IMG/VR virus record: IMGVR_UViG_3300035698_032497
Source of the DNA: a virus
Taxonomy: Duplodnaviria > Heunggongvirae > Uroviricota > Caudoviricetes
Reading direction: 5' to 3' (one strand)
DNA length: 25,023 nucleotides
This document shows positions 1 through 8,337 of this stretch, piece by piece; position 1 is the stretch's first letter, and every line of letters starts with the position of its first letter. Under the pieces are notes generated by a model. That model was not told the DNA's origin. It saw only the letters and a list, made by a program, of their open reading frames with translations, and did not search any database. A program made the translations under genes and the position numbers.

Positions 1-1
1 C

Positions 2-349
2 GAAGACCCCGAAGACGACGACGCCTACACCCCAGCCAAGGGCCGCGGCAGGCGCAAGTCTGGTCATGGCAAGGACGCTGAGTTCGTCCGCTACAAGGAT
101 CGTGCTCCGAGGACCCCGCTCAAGTTCCTGCGCAAGGACACCCAGCGTCGCATCGTCAATCTGCAGCAGCGCCACAAGCGCTTGATCGGTCGAGGCGACA
201 TCGTCAAGGCTGCCAAGACCTTGGCCGAGATCGGGGTCCTGCAGGACGTTCAGCATCGAGCTGTGGCTCAGGCCGAGCGGGCGATGTCTTCTGGGTCCTA
301 TGTTCACTCCAAGGCTCCAAGCTATCGGACACCCTGGCAGAAGGCCTAA
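2..349 (+). CDS. Partial (5'-truncated) hypothetical protein, basic C-terminal part
   Basis: Frame is open from position 2 (EDPEDDDAYTPAKGRGRRKSGHG...PWQKA) to TAA at 347-349, with GC3-rich codons like the downstream genes. Not in the ORF track because the start lies outside the window. Confidence 0.75.
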   Translation, partial: EDPEDDDAYTPAKGRGRRKSGHGKDAEFVRYKDRAPRTPLKFLRKDTQRRIVNLQQRHKRLIGRGDIVKAAKTLAEIGVLQDVQHRAVAQAERAMSSGSYVHSKAPSYRTPWQKA

Positions 350-453
350 CGGCGCGGTCATCGAGTTCATCTTCATCGATTTGGTTCAACAGAAAGGCAC
401 GGTGACGACGGCGATCCCATCGCGGTCGGCACCTGCCAGCAGGAGTGGGTCTC

Positions 454-1890
454 ATGGCTGACGACACAATCGAGCTCGAGGGCTGGACGCTCGATGAGCT
501 GATGAGTGAACGTGGGCCTGTCGATACGCTCGGGCCGCTCGTCGATGACGAGGAGATCGATTGGATCGGTGAGGACGACGAAGGTGACGACGTCATGGAC
601 GACGAAGACGACGAGGAAGAGTCCGAGCTGTTCGGTGAGATCGAGCAGGCGCTGCTCGAGGACGACGAGGATCCGATCTTCGGCGTCGTCTCGTTCGGGC
701 GCGTCGCCATGGCCAACCGTGTTCGTGACGCCAAGCAGGGAGCGCTCACCAAGAACGAGGGCTACAACGAGGGCTACCGCAGGGGAGTCATCGACGCTCT
801 ACAGTATGCTGGCGTGAGCGAGCGTCAGGCCGAAGAGGCCTACTCTGGCCTGTTCACCGCGATCGGAAAAGGCATCTTCGCACTGGGCAAGCACGTCGTC
901 GTGCCGGCCCTGTCTGGCGCCTCTGGTCTCGGGCAGGACGCCAACGTCAGCGATCTGGCGTATAGGGCCGGGTCTGGTGTACGTGAAGGGGTATCTGGAG
1001 ATGAGGATCTCGACGATCCGATCCTGGGTGACGGCATGCAGGCGCCCCCGGTGTACGTCGCAGACGACCTCGGTGCCCACGAGGGCGCTCTCGCCGCTTC
1101 GGCAGAGCTCGGAGCCGACCTGGACAACTTCGATGGCCTGAAGGGTACGAGCAGGTTCTCTGCCGCGGTCAGAGAGGACTACGGCTTCATTGGCCGTCAG
1201 CCGTGGTCGCAGGCCAAGAGGGCCGCTGACAGGGCGCTATCGGCCGGGCGCGAGGCTCTGGTGAAGAGCCCTGCTGGAGACTCGGTGTCGATGGTCCGAG
1301 ACCCTGGAGCGAACCCGGTCGTATACGGAAGTGGAAGGGTCGTGGACGAGATCCACGGGGCTCTGTGCGCTGTCCCATGTCCTTCGTGCAGTCATGTCCA
1401 GTACGGAGCAATGGCGAAGGGCGCCGGCAAGAGCTGCCTGGTCTGCGACGGATATGGAGCGATCCTCGTCCCAGAGGGAGACCTCCCTGAGTACAAGGGG
1501 TGTGTGGCCTACGGTGCGGTTTTCATCCCACTGCTCATCTCAGCCGCTACTTCCGCTGCTGGGTCTGGTGCCAAGAAGGCTGGACTCTTCCCGGACGCGT
1601 CGAAGAGGTTCAGTGAGTGGAAAACCGAGAAGACAGAGGATCTACAGGGGTGGGTCGCCGAACGTCGTGATGGTGATGACACCAGCGAGGCCATCTTCGG
1701 TCTTCAGCGCTCGTGTCTTGTTGGCGCTATGGTGCCAGAGTCCAAGCTGGACGCGATCCTCGAGTCGACGGAGGCCAGCGAGCTCGAGTCTTTCGCTGAG
1801 CTCGTCGATGTGGCCGACACGCTGGACGACGAAGTCGAAGATGACTACGATGATCTCGAAGATCTCGAAGATCTCGAAGGACAGGAGTAG
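454..1890 (+). CDS. Acidic hypothetical protein with a CxxC...CxxCxGxG zinc-finger-like motif and amphipathic/hydrophobic segments; putative virion protein
   Basis: ATG 454 follows AGGAG at 441-445. D/E-rich termini; CPSC-x15-CLVCDGYG; segments GLFTAIGKGIFALGK and GAVFIPLLISAATSAAG; 9 FG/YG dipeptides. Confidence 0.8.
   Translation: MADDTIELEGWTLDELMSERGPVDTLGPLVDDEEIDWIGEDDEGDDVMDDEDDEEESELFGEIEQALLEDDEDPIFGVVSFGRVAMANRVRDAKQGALTKNEGYNEGYRRGVIDALQYAGVSERQAEEAYSGLFTAIGKGIFALGKHVVVPALSGASGLGQDANVSDLAYRAGSGVREGVSGDEDLDDPILGDGMQAPPVYVADDLGAHEGALAASAELGADLDNFDGLKGTSRFSAAVREDYGFIGRQPWSQAKRAADRALSAGREALVKSPAGDSVSMVRDPGANPVVYGSGRVVDEIHGALCAVPCPSCSHVQYGAMAKGAGKSCLVCDGYGAILVPEGDLPEYKGCVAYGAVFIPLLISAATSAAGSGAKKAGLFPDASKRFSEWKTEKTEDLQGWVAERRDGDDTSEAIFGLQRSCLVGAMVPESKLDAILESTEASELESFAELVDVADTLDDEVEDDYDDLEDLEDLEGQE
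1852..1878 (+). repeat. 3 x 9-bp tandem repeat GATCTCGAA (DLE x3) in the C-terminal coding region
   Basis: Read directly at 1852-1860, 1861-1869 and 1870-1878. Confidence 0.9.
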
Positions 1891-1893
1891 ACA

Positions 1894-3048
1894 ATGAGTG
1901 GTGACATCTACGGACGTGGTCCCGGTCCAGGTTCCAAGCGCAGCTCCGTTCGAAGGAGTGTCGCGAGCCGTGGTAGGGTCATGGGTGGAGGAAGCTCGAA
2001 AGCCAAGCAGATCATGAAGCAGCGCCGGGCCAAGCAGCAGAAGCAGCAGCAGAAGCAGCAGCAGTCTCAGATCCCCATGTCCATGATGGAAGAGGCGTTC
2101 GATACCGGAGGCGGATCTGGATACGAGGACCTCTCCTCGGGTTACGACACTGGCTACGAAGAGGAAGGGATCATGCCTGGTGCGGGTCTCGACATCGACG
2201 CCTTGGCCGAGCAGATCTCGGAACAGGTGGTCGAGGAAGGCATCTTCGCCGGTCTCGATGTCTTTGGTGACGACTCGGACCTCGAGGACGACACCGAGGA
2301 CTTCGGAAACATCGTGCCAAAGGGTCAGCCAATGATGCCTTCGAGAATCTCCCGCAGGATGGTCAGCAGCATCGCCCGCAAGCGTGCGATGCTGGCCGAC
2401 GAGCAGTCGGATAACGAGCCCTCCACCAAGGAAAAGAAGTTGTCCAGGATCGACGACGAGATCCAGAGGATCCTCGACGAAGAAACCGGCGAGATGCAGC
2501 GCTATATGCTGCTCGAGGCCACCAAGAGGCGTGACTCGATCGCCTACGGCTCCATCCACTCCACCGTCCCTGTCTACGCTCCTCGTAGTCACGACAATGA
2601 GCTCGATCGCTACGGTCGTCTGCGTCCTGTCGCTTCCGCTCCCAACAAGTTCGACGCCTGGTCCTCCACCACCTTCGTCGATGGTTTTCTCGACGAGGTC
2701 ATCCATCAGATGAACCGGACCCCGGTGACCAGGGTGGATGCTGACAGGCTCAAGGCCCGGGCGAATCTGGCCAAGCAGGCCATGCAGACCAACGAGCGGT
2801 TCTTGCACTCCATCGGCGCTGCGGACAGGAAGCCTCTGATGCCTGTGGTGTCCACCAGATACGGCTCCATGGCTGCAACCGTCCCCGTCTACGCTCCCCG
2901 CTACCACGACGCTGACATCGAGCGCTACGGCGACGACTCCAAGCCCCCTGGCACCTTCACCGAGTCTCTGAAGATGGGCGCTGGCCTCGGCCTGGGCGTC
3001 ATCGCGGTGGTGGCTGGAGTCGGCCTGGCGGCCAAGGCCCTCAGCTAG
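1894..3048 (+). CDS. Hypothetical tail-anchored membrane protein with basic N-terminus, poly-Q tract, acidic region and an internal 24-aa duplication
   Basis: AGGAG upstream of ATG. KQQKQQQKQQQ tract; YGSxxxTVPVYAPRxHDxxxxRYG occurs twice; C-terminal hydrophobic GAGLGLGVIAVVAGVGLAAKALS. Confidence 0.85.
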   Translation: MSGDIYGRGPGPGSKRSSVRRSVASRGRVMGGGSSKAKQIMKQRRAKQQKQQQKQQQSQIPMSMMEEAFDTGGGSGYEDLSSGYDTGYEEEGIMPGAGLDIDALAEQISEQVVEEGIFAGLDVFGDDSDLEDDTEDFGNIVPKGQPMMPSRISRRMVSSIARKRAMLADEQSDNEPSTKEKKLSRIDDEIQRILDEETGEMQRYMLLEATKRRDSIAYGSIHSTVPVYAPRSHDNELDRYGRLRPVASAPNKFDAWSSTTFVDGFLDEVIHQMNRTPVTRVDADRLKARANLAKQAMQTNERFLHSIGAADRKPLMPVVSTRYGSMAATVPVYAPRYHDADIERYGDDSKPPGTFTESLKMGAGLGLGVIAVVAGVGLAAKALS

Positions 3049-3186
3049 CCGATCGTTCCGATCTGTCCTTCGTCCTTTTCTCTCTCACCTCTGCTTCCCT
3101 TTCCCCGAACCTCGTGATACGCTGCAAAGCGAAACGGCTCAGAAAGAGCCAAGCCAGCTACACGTACGAAAGACAGGAGATCCGAT

Positions 3187-4527
3187 ATGGAGCTGCAAGA
3201 CAACATCCTCACGGCAGAGGAGCTGTACGCAGCCCTCAACAGCCCCGTTCTCGCCGCTGAGGAGGCTTACGGTCTGCATCAGACCGATGAGATCTTCGGC
3301 TACACGGCCCAGGACTCCATCCTGGACGCCGAGGAGGAGTACGGTGATCTGGGCTCCGACAGCCTCGAGGACGAGGAGGAGTACGCTGACGAGGACGATG
3401 ACGAGGACGACGACGAGGACGACTCCGAGGACTACGACGAGGATCCCGAAGGCTACGAGCTGGACGAGGACGACGAGGAGCTGGACGAGATCGAAGCCGA
3501 CGCCTTCGGCACGATTCCCGCGGCCGCCTACCGTCCCTACCGCGACCGCTATGGTCAGGCCGTTCCGGCGGTGGCTCAGTCCTATGTCGAGGCTGGCACC
3601 CACGGTGACCCCCAGGCCGACATCAGGGTCAACGAGCGCGCCGTGGCCGACAAGGTCAAGGCCCTGTACCTGCCTGGCTGGATTCAGCCCGATGTCCTGG
3701 GCTTCACCGTCGAGTCCGAGATCGTCGACATCGTCAGGAAGCTGATCGGCGTGCCGGGGTTCGAGGGCTGGTCCGGCCTCGACGAGTCGGCCAAGCGCGG
3801 CATGGTCAACTCGGCGATGAAGCGGTCGCTGGGTCCCGAGTACGACGAGATCTACGACGCGCTCTCCACCGCCCTCAACGAGGTCGTCTCGGAAGTGGCG
3901 TCGAAGCCGGGATTCTGGGACAAGCTGCTCAGTGCGGTGACGACAGGCGCTTCCAACGCCGACGAGATCGCCATGGGCATCGTCCATGACGCGTGGGATA
4001 CCTTCTTGGGCATGAACATGTTCTCCGCCGAGCAGGCTGTCAACAGCATGGCCGTGTTCTACTTCCTCCGCGCCAAGCTCGGGGCCGCCATCGATGTCGT
4101 TGGCGAGTTCGCGGCCAAGGTGGTGGACGTCGAAGAGGGCGACATCCCGGACCGGATCTTCGAGTGGCTGTCGCCTACGGTCAACAAGTACATCCGCACC
4201 CTGCAGGACAAGGGTTCCGACTACGTGCGCTCCTTCGTGGACGCCGTGTCTGCCTTCGTCGACCCGTACGATGGCTGGATCGATGCGATCGACGCGTCGT
4301 GGGCCGAGCACCTCTTCGTCGTCGAGGGCGCCTTCACCCAGGCACCCGCTCCCGCCTCCGATGTCGGCCCTGGCGCTGGCCCCATGGTCAGCCCGCCCCA
4401 GACAGATGGCTACACCGAGGACGTGGTTGCTCCCGCCGCAGCCGGCTGGAAGCTGCCCACCGTTCCGACCATCATCGGCGTGGGCGCCGCTGCCATGACC
4501 GTTGCCGCCCTGCTCAAGGGTCGGTAG
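3187..4527 (+). CDS. Hypothetical tail-anchored protein: acidic N-terminal ~100 aa, helical core, Pro/Ala linker, C-terminal TM helix; probably highly expressed
   Basis: CAGGAGA SD upstream of ATG. Strongly C/G-ending codons; ends IIGVGAAAMTVAALLKGR. Confidence 0.85.
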   Translation: MELQDNILTAEELYAALNSPVLAAEEAYGLHQTDEIFGYTAQDSILDAEEEYGDLGSDSLEDEEEYADEDDDEDDDEDDSEDYDEDPEGYELDEDDEELDEIEADAFGTIPAAAYRPYRDRYGQAVPAVAQSYVEAGTHGDPQADIRVNERAVADKVKALYLPGWIQPDVLGFTVESEIVDIVRKLIGVPGFEGWSGLDESAKRGMVNSAMKRSLGPEYDEIYDALSTALNEVVSEVASKPGFWDKLLSAVTTGASNADEIAMGIVHDAWDTFLGMNMFSAEQAVNSMAVFYFLRAKLGAAIDVVGEFAAKVVDVEEGDIPDRIFEWLSPTVNKYIRTLQDKGSDYVRSFVDAVSAFVDPYDGWIDAIDASWAEHLFVVEGAFTQAPAPASDVGPGAGPMVSPPQTDGYTEDVVAPAAAGWKLPTVPTIIGVGAAAMTVAALLKGR

Positions 4528-4551
4528 AGGGTCTCTGGACACGGAGAAGAA

Positions 4552-4845
4552 ATGAGCGCTCAGCGGCCGGCACCTCGGAATCGTGGGCTGCCGGCCGAGG
4601 GCACTTCCCGGAGCCGGGAGGAGCATCTGCGCAGGCTCACTGCCCGTGAGGCCGTTGAGGTCCTCGCTCATCAGCTCGAAGTCGAGCGTGGTGAGCGAGC
4701 TCGTGTCCAGACAGGAGAGCTCATCATGACGGCCGCTTTTCTCGGCGCCGTCTTCGGTGGCAGCTATGCTGTCGTTAGACACTTCAAGATGAAAGACCTA
4801 CGAAAGATTCCGTCGGTGGCCAAGAATGGTCGTCGCAGGAGGTGA
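4552..4845 (+). CDS. Small hypothetical membrane protein with basic tail
   Basis: GGAG upstream of ATG. Hydrophobic LIMTAAFLGAVFGGSYAVV followed by K/R-rich C-terminus; its stop lies within the SD region of the next gene. Confidence 0.7.
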   Translation: MSAQRPAPRNRGLPAEGTSRSREEHLRRLTAREAVEVLAHQLEVERGERARVQTGELIMTAAFLGAVFGGSYAVVRHFKMKDLRKIPSVAKNGRRRR

Positions 4846-4847
4846 GC

Positions 4848-5174
4848 ATGGCAAGGAACAAGGGCCGCTGCGGCTGTGACGACGAGTTCGAGGGCATGGC
4901 CCCGTTCGGAAAGGACGAGGACTTTGGTTCCCTGTACCGCTCACGCCCCTACGGGCTGGTCCCCAACATGGACTCGACCGAACAGCGCATCATGGACGCT
5001 CGCTCTGGAAGCACCGGCTGGCGCGGCACCAAGCCCAGCTTCGGCTCCGAGGGCTATGGTGACGACAGCGTGCAGGTCGGCGTCGGCCACGAAGGCCTGT
5101 GGTTCAAGGGCGATAGCGTCACCGCGGTCGCTCTGGCCGGCATCGGACTGGCCGCTGTCATCTTCTCCAGGTAG
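4848..5174 (+). CDS. Small tail-anchored hypothetical protein rich in FG/YG motifs
   Basis: Strong AGGAGGTG SD (4837-4844) before ATG 4848. Five FG/YG in ~108 aa; C-terminal VTAVALAGIGLAAVIFSR. Confidence 0.8.
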   Translation: MARNKGRCGCDDEFEGMAPFGKDEDFGSLYRSRPYGLVPNMDSTEQRIMDARSGSTGWRGTKPSFGSEGYGDDSVQVGVGHEGLWFKGDSVTAVALAGIGLAAVIFSR

Positions 5175-5242
5175 GATAAGCATGGGGCCGATTTCCACGA
5201 TCGTCCCGGTGCGCTTACCTTGGAAGGACAGGAGGCTTCGGT

Positions 5243-6262
5243 ATGAGCAACGATCGCTGGCAGCCCTACCCGTCCAAGACCAAGGGCCCACGCAGCCCGC
5301 AGGTTCAGCGCGACTTCACCAGCACCGACCAGCTCGCGCTCCGGCAGAGCGGTCAGGTGATGGATCACAACGAAGATCTCGCTCAGCAGTACCGCCAGGT
5401 CGAACGCCGTATCATTGACCCGTACGCTGCCCGTGCAGCGGAAGAGTCGATGAAGGCGGCCAGGTACAGGACGGTGCACGCAGGCATGCAGGTTGGCCCG
5501 GAGAGGGTCGCCTATCCAGCTCCGAGCGTCGCGGGCTGGAGGACGACCCAGATGGGAACGGTCGGCATGGCCGCTGGTTACGAACAGCAGCCATGGGACG
5601 CCAGGCATCAGGCTGGGTTCCTGGAGACCGGCTCGAGAGCTCCGGGGTTCTCCAACGAGCTCGACCGGGCAGAGAAGAACCGCTGGCAGTCTGGGATCCT
5701 GGGGCTCAACCTGGCCACAGAGGCGATGACTCTGCATCCGTCCGCTGAGAGGCCATACCTCAGCATGAGGGGCTCCCCGAACGTGGGCAACACGGAGCTG
5801 GTGGTTCGGCTCACAGCGGGCTCTCCCGGCGGCGCCGAGACTCAGCGGACCTTCTTTCTTGGCGGTGGGTTCACGGCGTCCTTCCTGCTGGATGGTTACC
5901 AGACCGTCCGTGTCGAGATCCTCTCCAAGACGAACCTGACCGACGTGCTGCAGTGGGCCTGGGAGGTGACCGGGCTGCAGGCTGGAGACCAGCAGCTGTA
6001 CCTCGCACAGACCTATGTGACAGGAGGTGTGAACACGACCTTCAACGTACCAGAGGGTGCCTACGAGGTCTCATGGAGCCAGTCTCCAACCAGTGACGTC
6101 GGAGTGAACGGTGTTCATTGGGTGAACCCGTTGATCGGTATCGACATGGTCGCTCCGCTGCTCATGCTTCCGTGGATTCGTTGGACGGTGCAGGGCTCTC
6201 AGTTCATCATCGACAACGCTGTCCCGGACATGGTCGCCATGTGGTACATCAGGCCCATCTAG
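5243..6262 (+). CDS. Paralogue 1 of a tandem triplet: conserved Q/R/A/G-rich N-half plus beta-rich C-half; putative virion vertex/surface protein
   Basis: GGAGG SD at 5231. Aligns by eye over its whole length with 6272-7360 and 7360-8316 (DPYAARAAEE, QPWDAR, RAEKNRWQSG, FFLGGGFT, VPEGA, terminal WxxRP[IL]). Confidence 0.85.
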   Translation: MSNDRWQPYPSKTKGPRSPQVQRDFTSTDQLALRQSGQVMDHNEDLAQQYRQVERRIIDPYAARAAEESMKAARYRTVHAGMQVGPERVAYPAPSVAGWRTTQMGTVGMAAGYEQQPWDARHQAGFLETGSRAPGFSNELDRAEKNRWQSGILGLNLATEAMTLHPSAERPYLSMRGSPNVGNTELVVRLTAGSPGGAETQRTFFLGGGFTASFLLDGYQTVRVEILSKTNLTDVLQWAWEVTGLQAGDQQLYLAQTYVTGGVNTTFNVPEGAYEVSWSQSPTSDVGVNGVHWVNPLIGIDMVAPLLMLPWIRWTVQGSQFIIDNAVPDMVAMWYIRPI

Positions 6263-6271
6263 GAGTGCATC

Positions 6272-7360
6272 ATGGGATACATGGACAGGTACTCCGGAAC
6301 GTCGTCTCCGAGCCCGAGACGGGGCACGAAGAACAGACAGAGCGGAGCGCAGCGTCAGTCCAGAGATGGTCCAGCAACGCTCGTCGGGCAGACCCAGGCC
6401 CAGGGCCAGCAGGCCGGGCGGGGGCCCGTTGTTCGTCGTTCATTCAACAGCCAGGCCCAGCTGGCGCTTCGGTCCAGCGGCCAGGTGATGGACGCCAGCG
6501 AAGACCAGTACACCGAATACAGGCAGGTTGGTCGCCGGCTCGTCGACCCCTATGCGGCCAGGGCCGCCGAAGAGTCGATGGCCGCGGCTCGGTACAGGAC
6601 CGTACATGCAGGAATGGACGTTGGTCCGGCCACTACGTATCCGGCCCCGAACATGCGCGGCTGGCGTTCGACCCAGATGGGCACTTATGGTCGCCTCACT
6701 GGCTACGATAGTCAGCCATGGGATGCTCGCCTGCAGGCCGGCTTCATGGACACAGGGTCCAGAGGCCCGGGCTTTACCGATGAGTTGAACAGGGCCGAGA
6801 AGAACCGCTGGCAGTCCGGGCAGCTCCAGCAGGGCTCGATGACCCTGTACCCGACCCCTGAGCGCCCGTACCTGATGATTCGGTGTCCGTCTCTCGCAGC
6901 CAACGGCTCGAGCTCCATCAGTGTTCGGCTGACGGCTGGCTCTCGGGGCGGGGCCGAGATGAGTCGCACCTTCTTCCTCGGTGGTGGCTTCACGTCATCG
7001 TTTCTGCTCGACGGCTACCAAAGCGTGAAGGTCGAGCTGCTGCAGGTGCAGAACCCTGGGGTCGACAGGATCGAGTGGGCCTGGGAGGTCTCCGGCGTCC
7101 AGGCAGGTGACCAGAGCCTTTACCTCCCTCAGCGGCTTGTTCCGAACGGAGCCCTTACGACCTATGACGTCCCTGAGGGAGCGTTCGAGGTTGTCTGGGC
7201 CGCGAACCCGCTACAGCTGTCGTGGTTCAATCCAGCCAACGGTGCGAACTTCCCTGCGCTTCCTTTGGTCGGCGCCTTCATTACTTTTCCGGTGATGGGT
7301 TCGCAGTTCGAGCTCAGCAACAACGCTATTGATCTCATATGGAGGCTTCGTCCTCTCTAA
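6272..7360 (+). CDS. Paralogue 2 of the tandem triplet, with an extra ~50-aa low-complexity N-terminal extension
   Basis: AGGAG upstream of ATG; same conserved blocks as paralogues 1 and 3. Confidence 0.85.
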   Translation: MGYMDRYSGTSSPSPRRGTKNRQSGAQRQSRDGPATLVGQTQAQGQQAGRGPVVRRSFNSQAQLALRSSGQVMDASEDQYTEYRQVGRRLVDPYAARAAEESMAAARYRTVHAGMDVGPATTYPAPNMRGWRSTQMGTYGRLTGYDSQPWDARLQAGFMDTGSRGPGFTDELNRAEKNRWQSGQLQQGSMTLYPTPERPYLMIRCPSLAANGSSSISVRLTAGSRGGAEMSRTFFLGGGFTSSFLLDGYQSVKVELLQVQNPGVDRIEWAWEVSGVQAGDQSLYLPQRLVPNGALTTYDVPEGAFEVVWAANPLQLSWFNPANGANFPALPLVGAFITFPVMGSQFELSNNAIDLIWRLRPL

Positions 7361-8316
7361 TGGCCTCGAAGCAGCGATACCCTGTGGCCCGTCGTTCGTA
7401 CACCAGTGCGGACCAGCTCTCCCTGCGGGCCAGTGGCCAGGAGATGGACGCCAGCGAGGATCTGGCTCAGCAGTATCGCCAGGTCGGACGCAGGCTTGTC
7501 GATCCTTACGCCGCGAGAGCAGCAGAAGAGGCGATGAGAGCGGCCCGCCAAAGAACACTGCATGCGGGAGTTCAGGTAGGTCCCGATACACCCTATCCGG
7601 CACCGAACATGCGTGGCTGGCGTTCGACGCAGATGGGGACCTATGGTCGGCTGACCGGCTACGACAGGCAGCCGTGGGACGCCAGGCTTCAGGCTGGGTA
7701 CATTGACGCAGGGGCTCGTGGCCCAGGCTTCGCCGACGAGCTGGACCGGGCCGAGAAGAATCGCTGGCAGTCCGGACGTCTCCAGCAGGGATCGATGACA
7801 CTACATCCGTCTCCAGATCGCCCGTATCTGATGCTCCGCTGTCCGGACACCTCTGGGAACGGAACGAGCTCGATCCACGTCAGGCTCGAGGCCGGAATGA
7901 TGGGGGGCGCCTCGTCGACCCGCGAGTTCTTCCTCGGTGGCGGTTTCACCGCGTCTTTTCTGCTGGACGGGTACGCTACCGTGCGTATCGAGATCGTGCA
8001 GACGCAGAACCCCGGCGTTGATCGCCTCGAGTGGGCCTGGGAGATCTCCGGCGTGCAGGCGGGAGACCAGAGCCTGTACTTCCCACAGCGGCTGATCCTG
8101 GGTCCAGGCGTGTGGTTCTCGATCCCCGAGGGAGCGTTCGAGGTGCTGTGGAGCGGTCCGCTCGCCAACATCACGTGGTCGAACCCGAACATCCCAGCCT
8201 GGGTCGTTGCCAAGGCCGCTCCTCCGCAGTTCGTCAGCTTGCCGATCATCGGCAGTCGAATCAACTTCGCGGGCGGGGTGAATACCCCTGTTCTGTGGCG
8301 TCTTCGCCCGATCTAA
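7360..8316 (+). CDS. Paralogue 3 of the tandem triplet
   Basis: ATG 7360 overlaps the TAA of paralogue 2 (TAATG); GGAGG at 7341; same conserved blocks. Confidence 0.85.
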   Translation: MASKQRYPVARRSYTSADQLSLRASGQEMDASEDLAQQYRQVGRRLVDPYAARAAEEAMRAARQRTLHAGVQVGPDTPYPAPNMRGWRSTQMGTYGRLTGYDRQPWDARLQAGYIDAGARGPGFADELDRAEKNRWQSGRLQQGSMTLHPSPDRPYLMLRCPDTSGNGTSSIHVRLEAGMMGGASSTREFFLGGGFTASFLLDGYATVRIEIVQTQNPGVDRLEWAWEISGVQAGDQSLYFPQRLILGPGVWFSIPEGAFEVLWSGPLANITWSNPNIPAWVVAKAAPPQFVSLPIIGSRINFAGGVNTPVLWRLRPI

Positions 8317-8337
8317 CCGGCCCGCTCTCGCGGCCGA

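Noticed and set aside
454-4527. Haloarchaeal origin suggested by very acidic proteins and high GC
   Set aside because: Acidity is limited to local tracts; other proteins are not acidic, and the promoters and RdgC-like gene are bacterial-type.
1642-4782. Long - strand ORFs 1642-2907 and 3139-4782
   Set aside because: Antisense shadows of GC3-biased + strand genes; no RBS and no protein-like motifs.
5243-8316. Diversity-generating retroelement TR/VR pair among the three paralogues
   Set aside because: Differences are spread over synonymous sites and all four bases rather than adenine-specific; no reverse transcriptase in the window.
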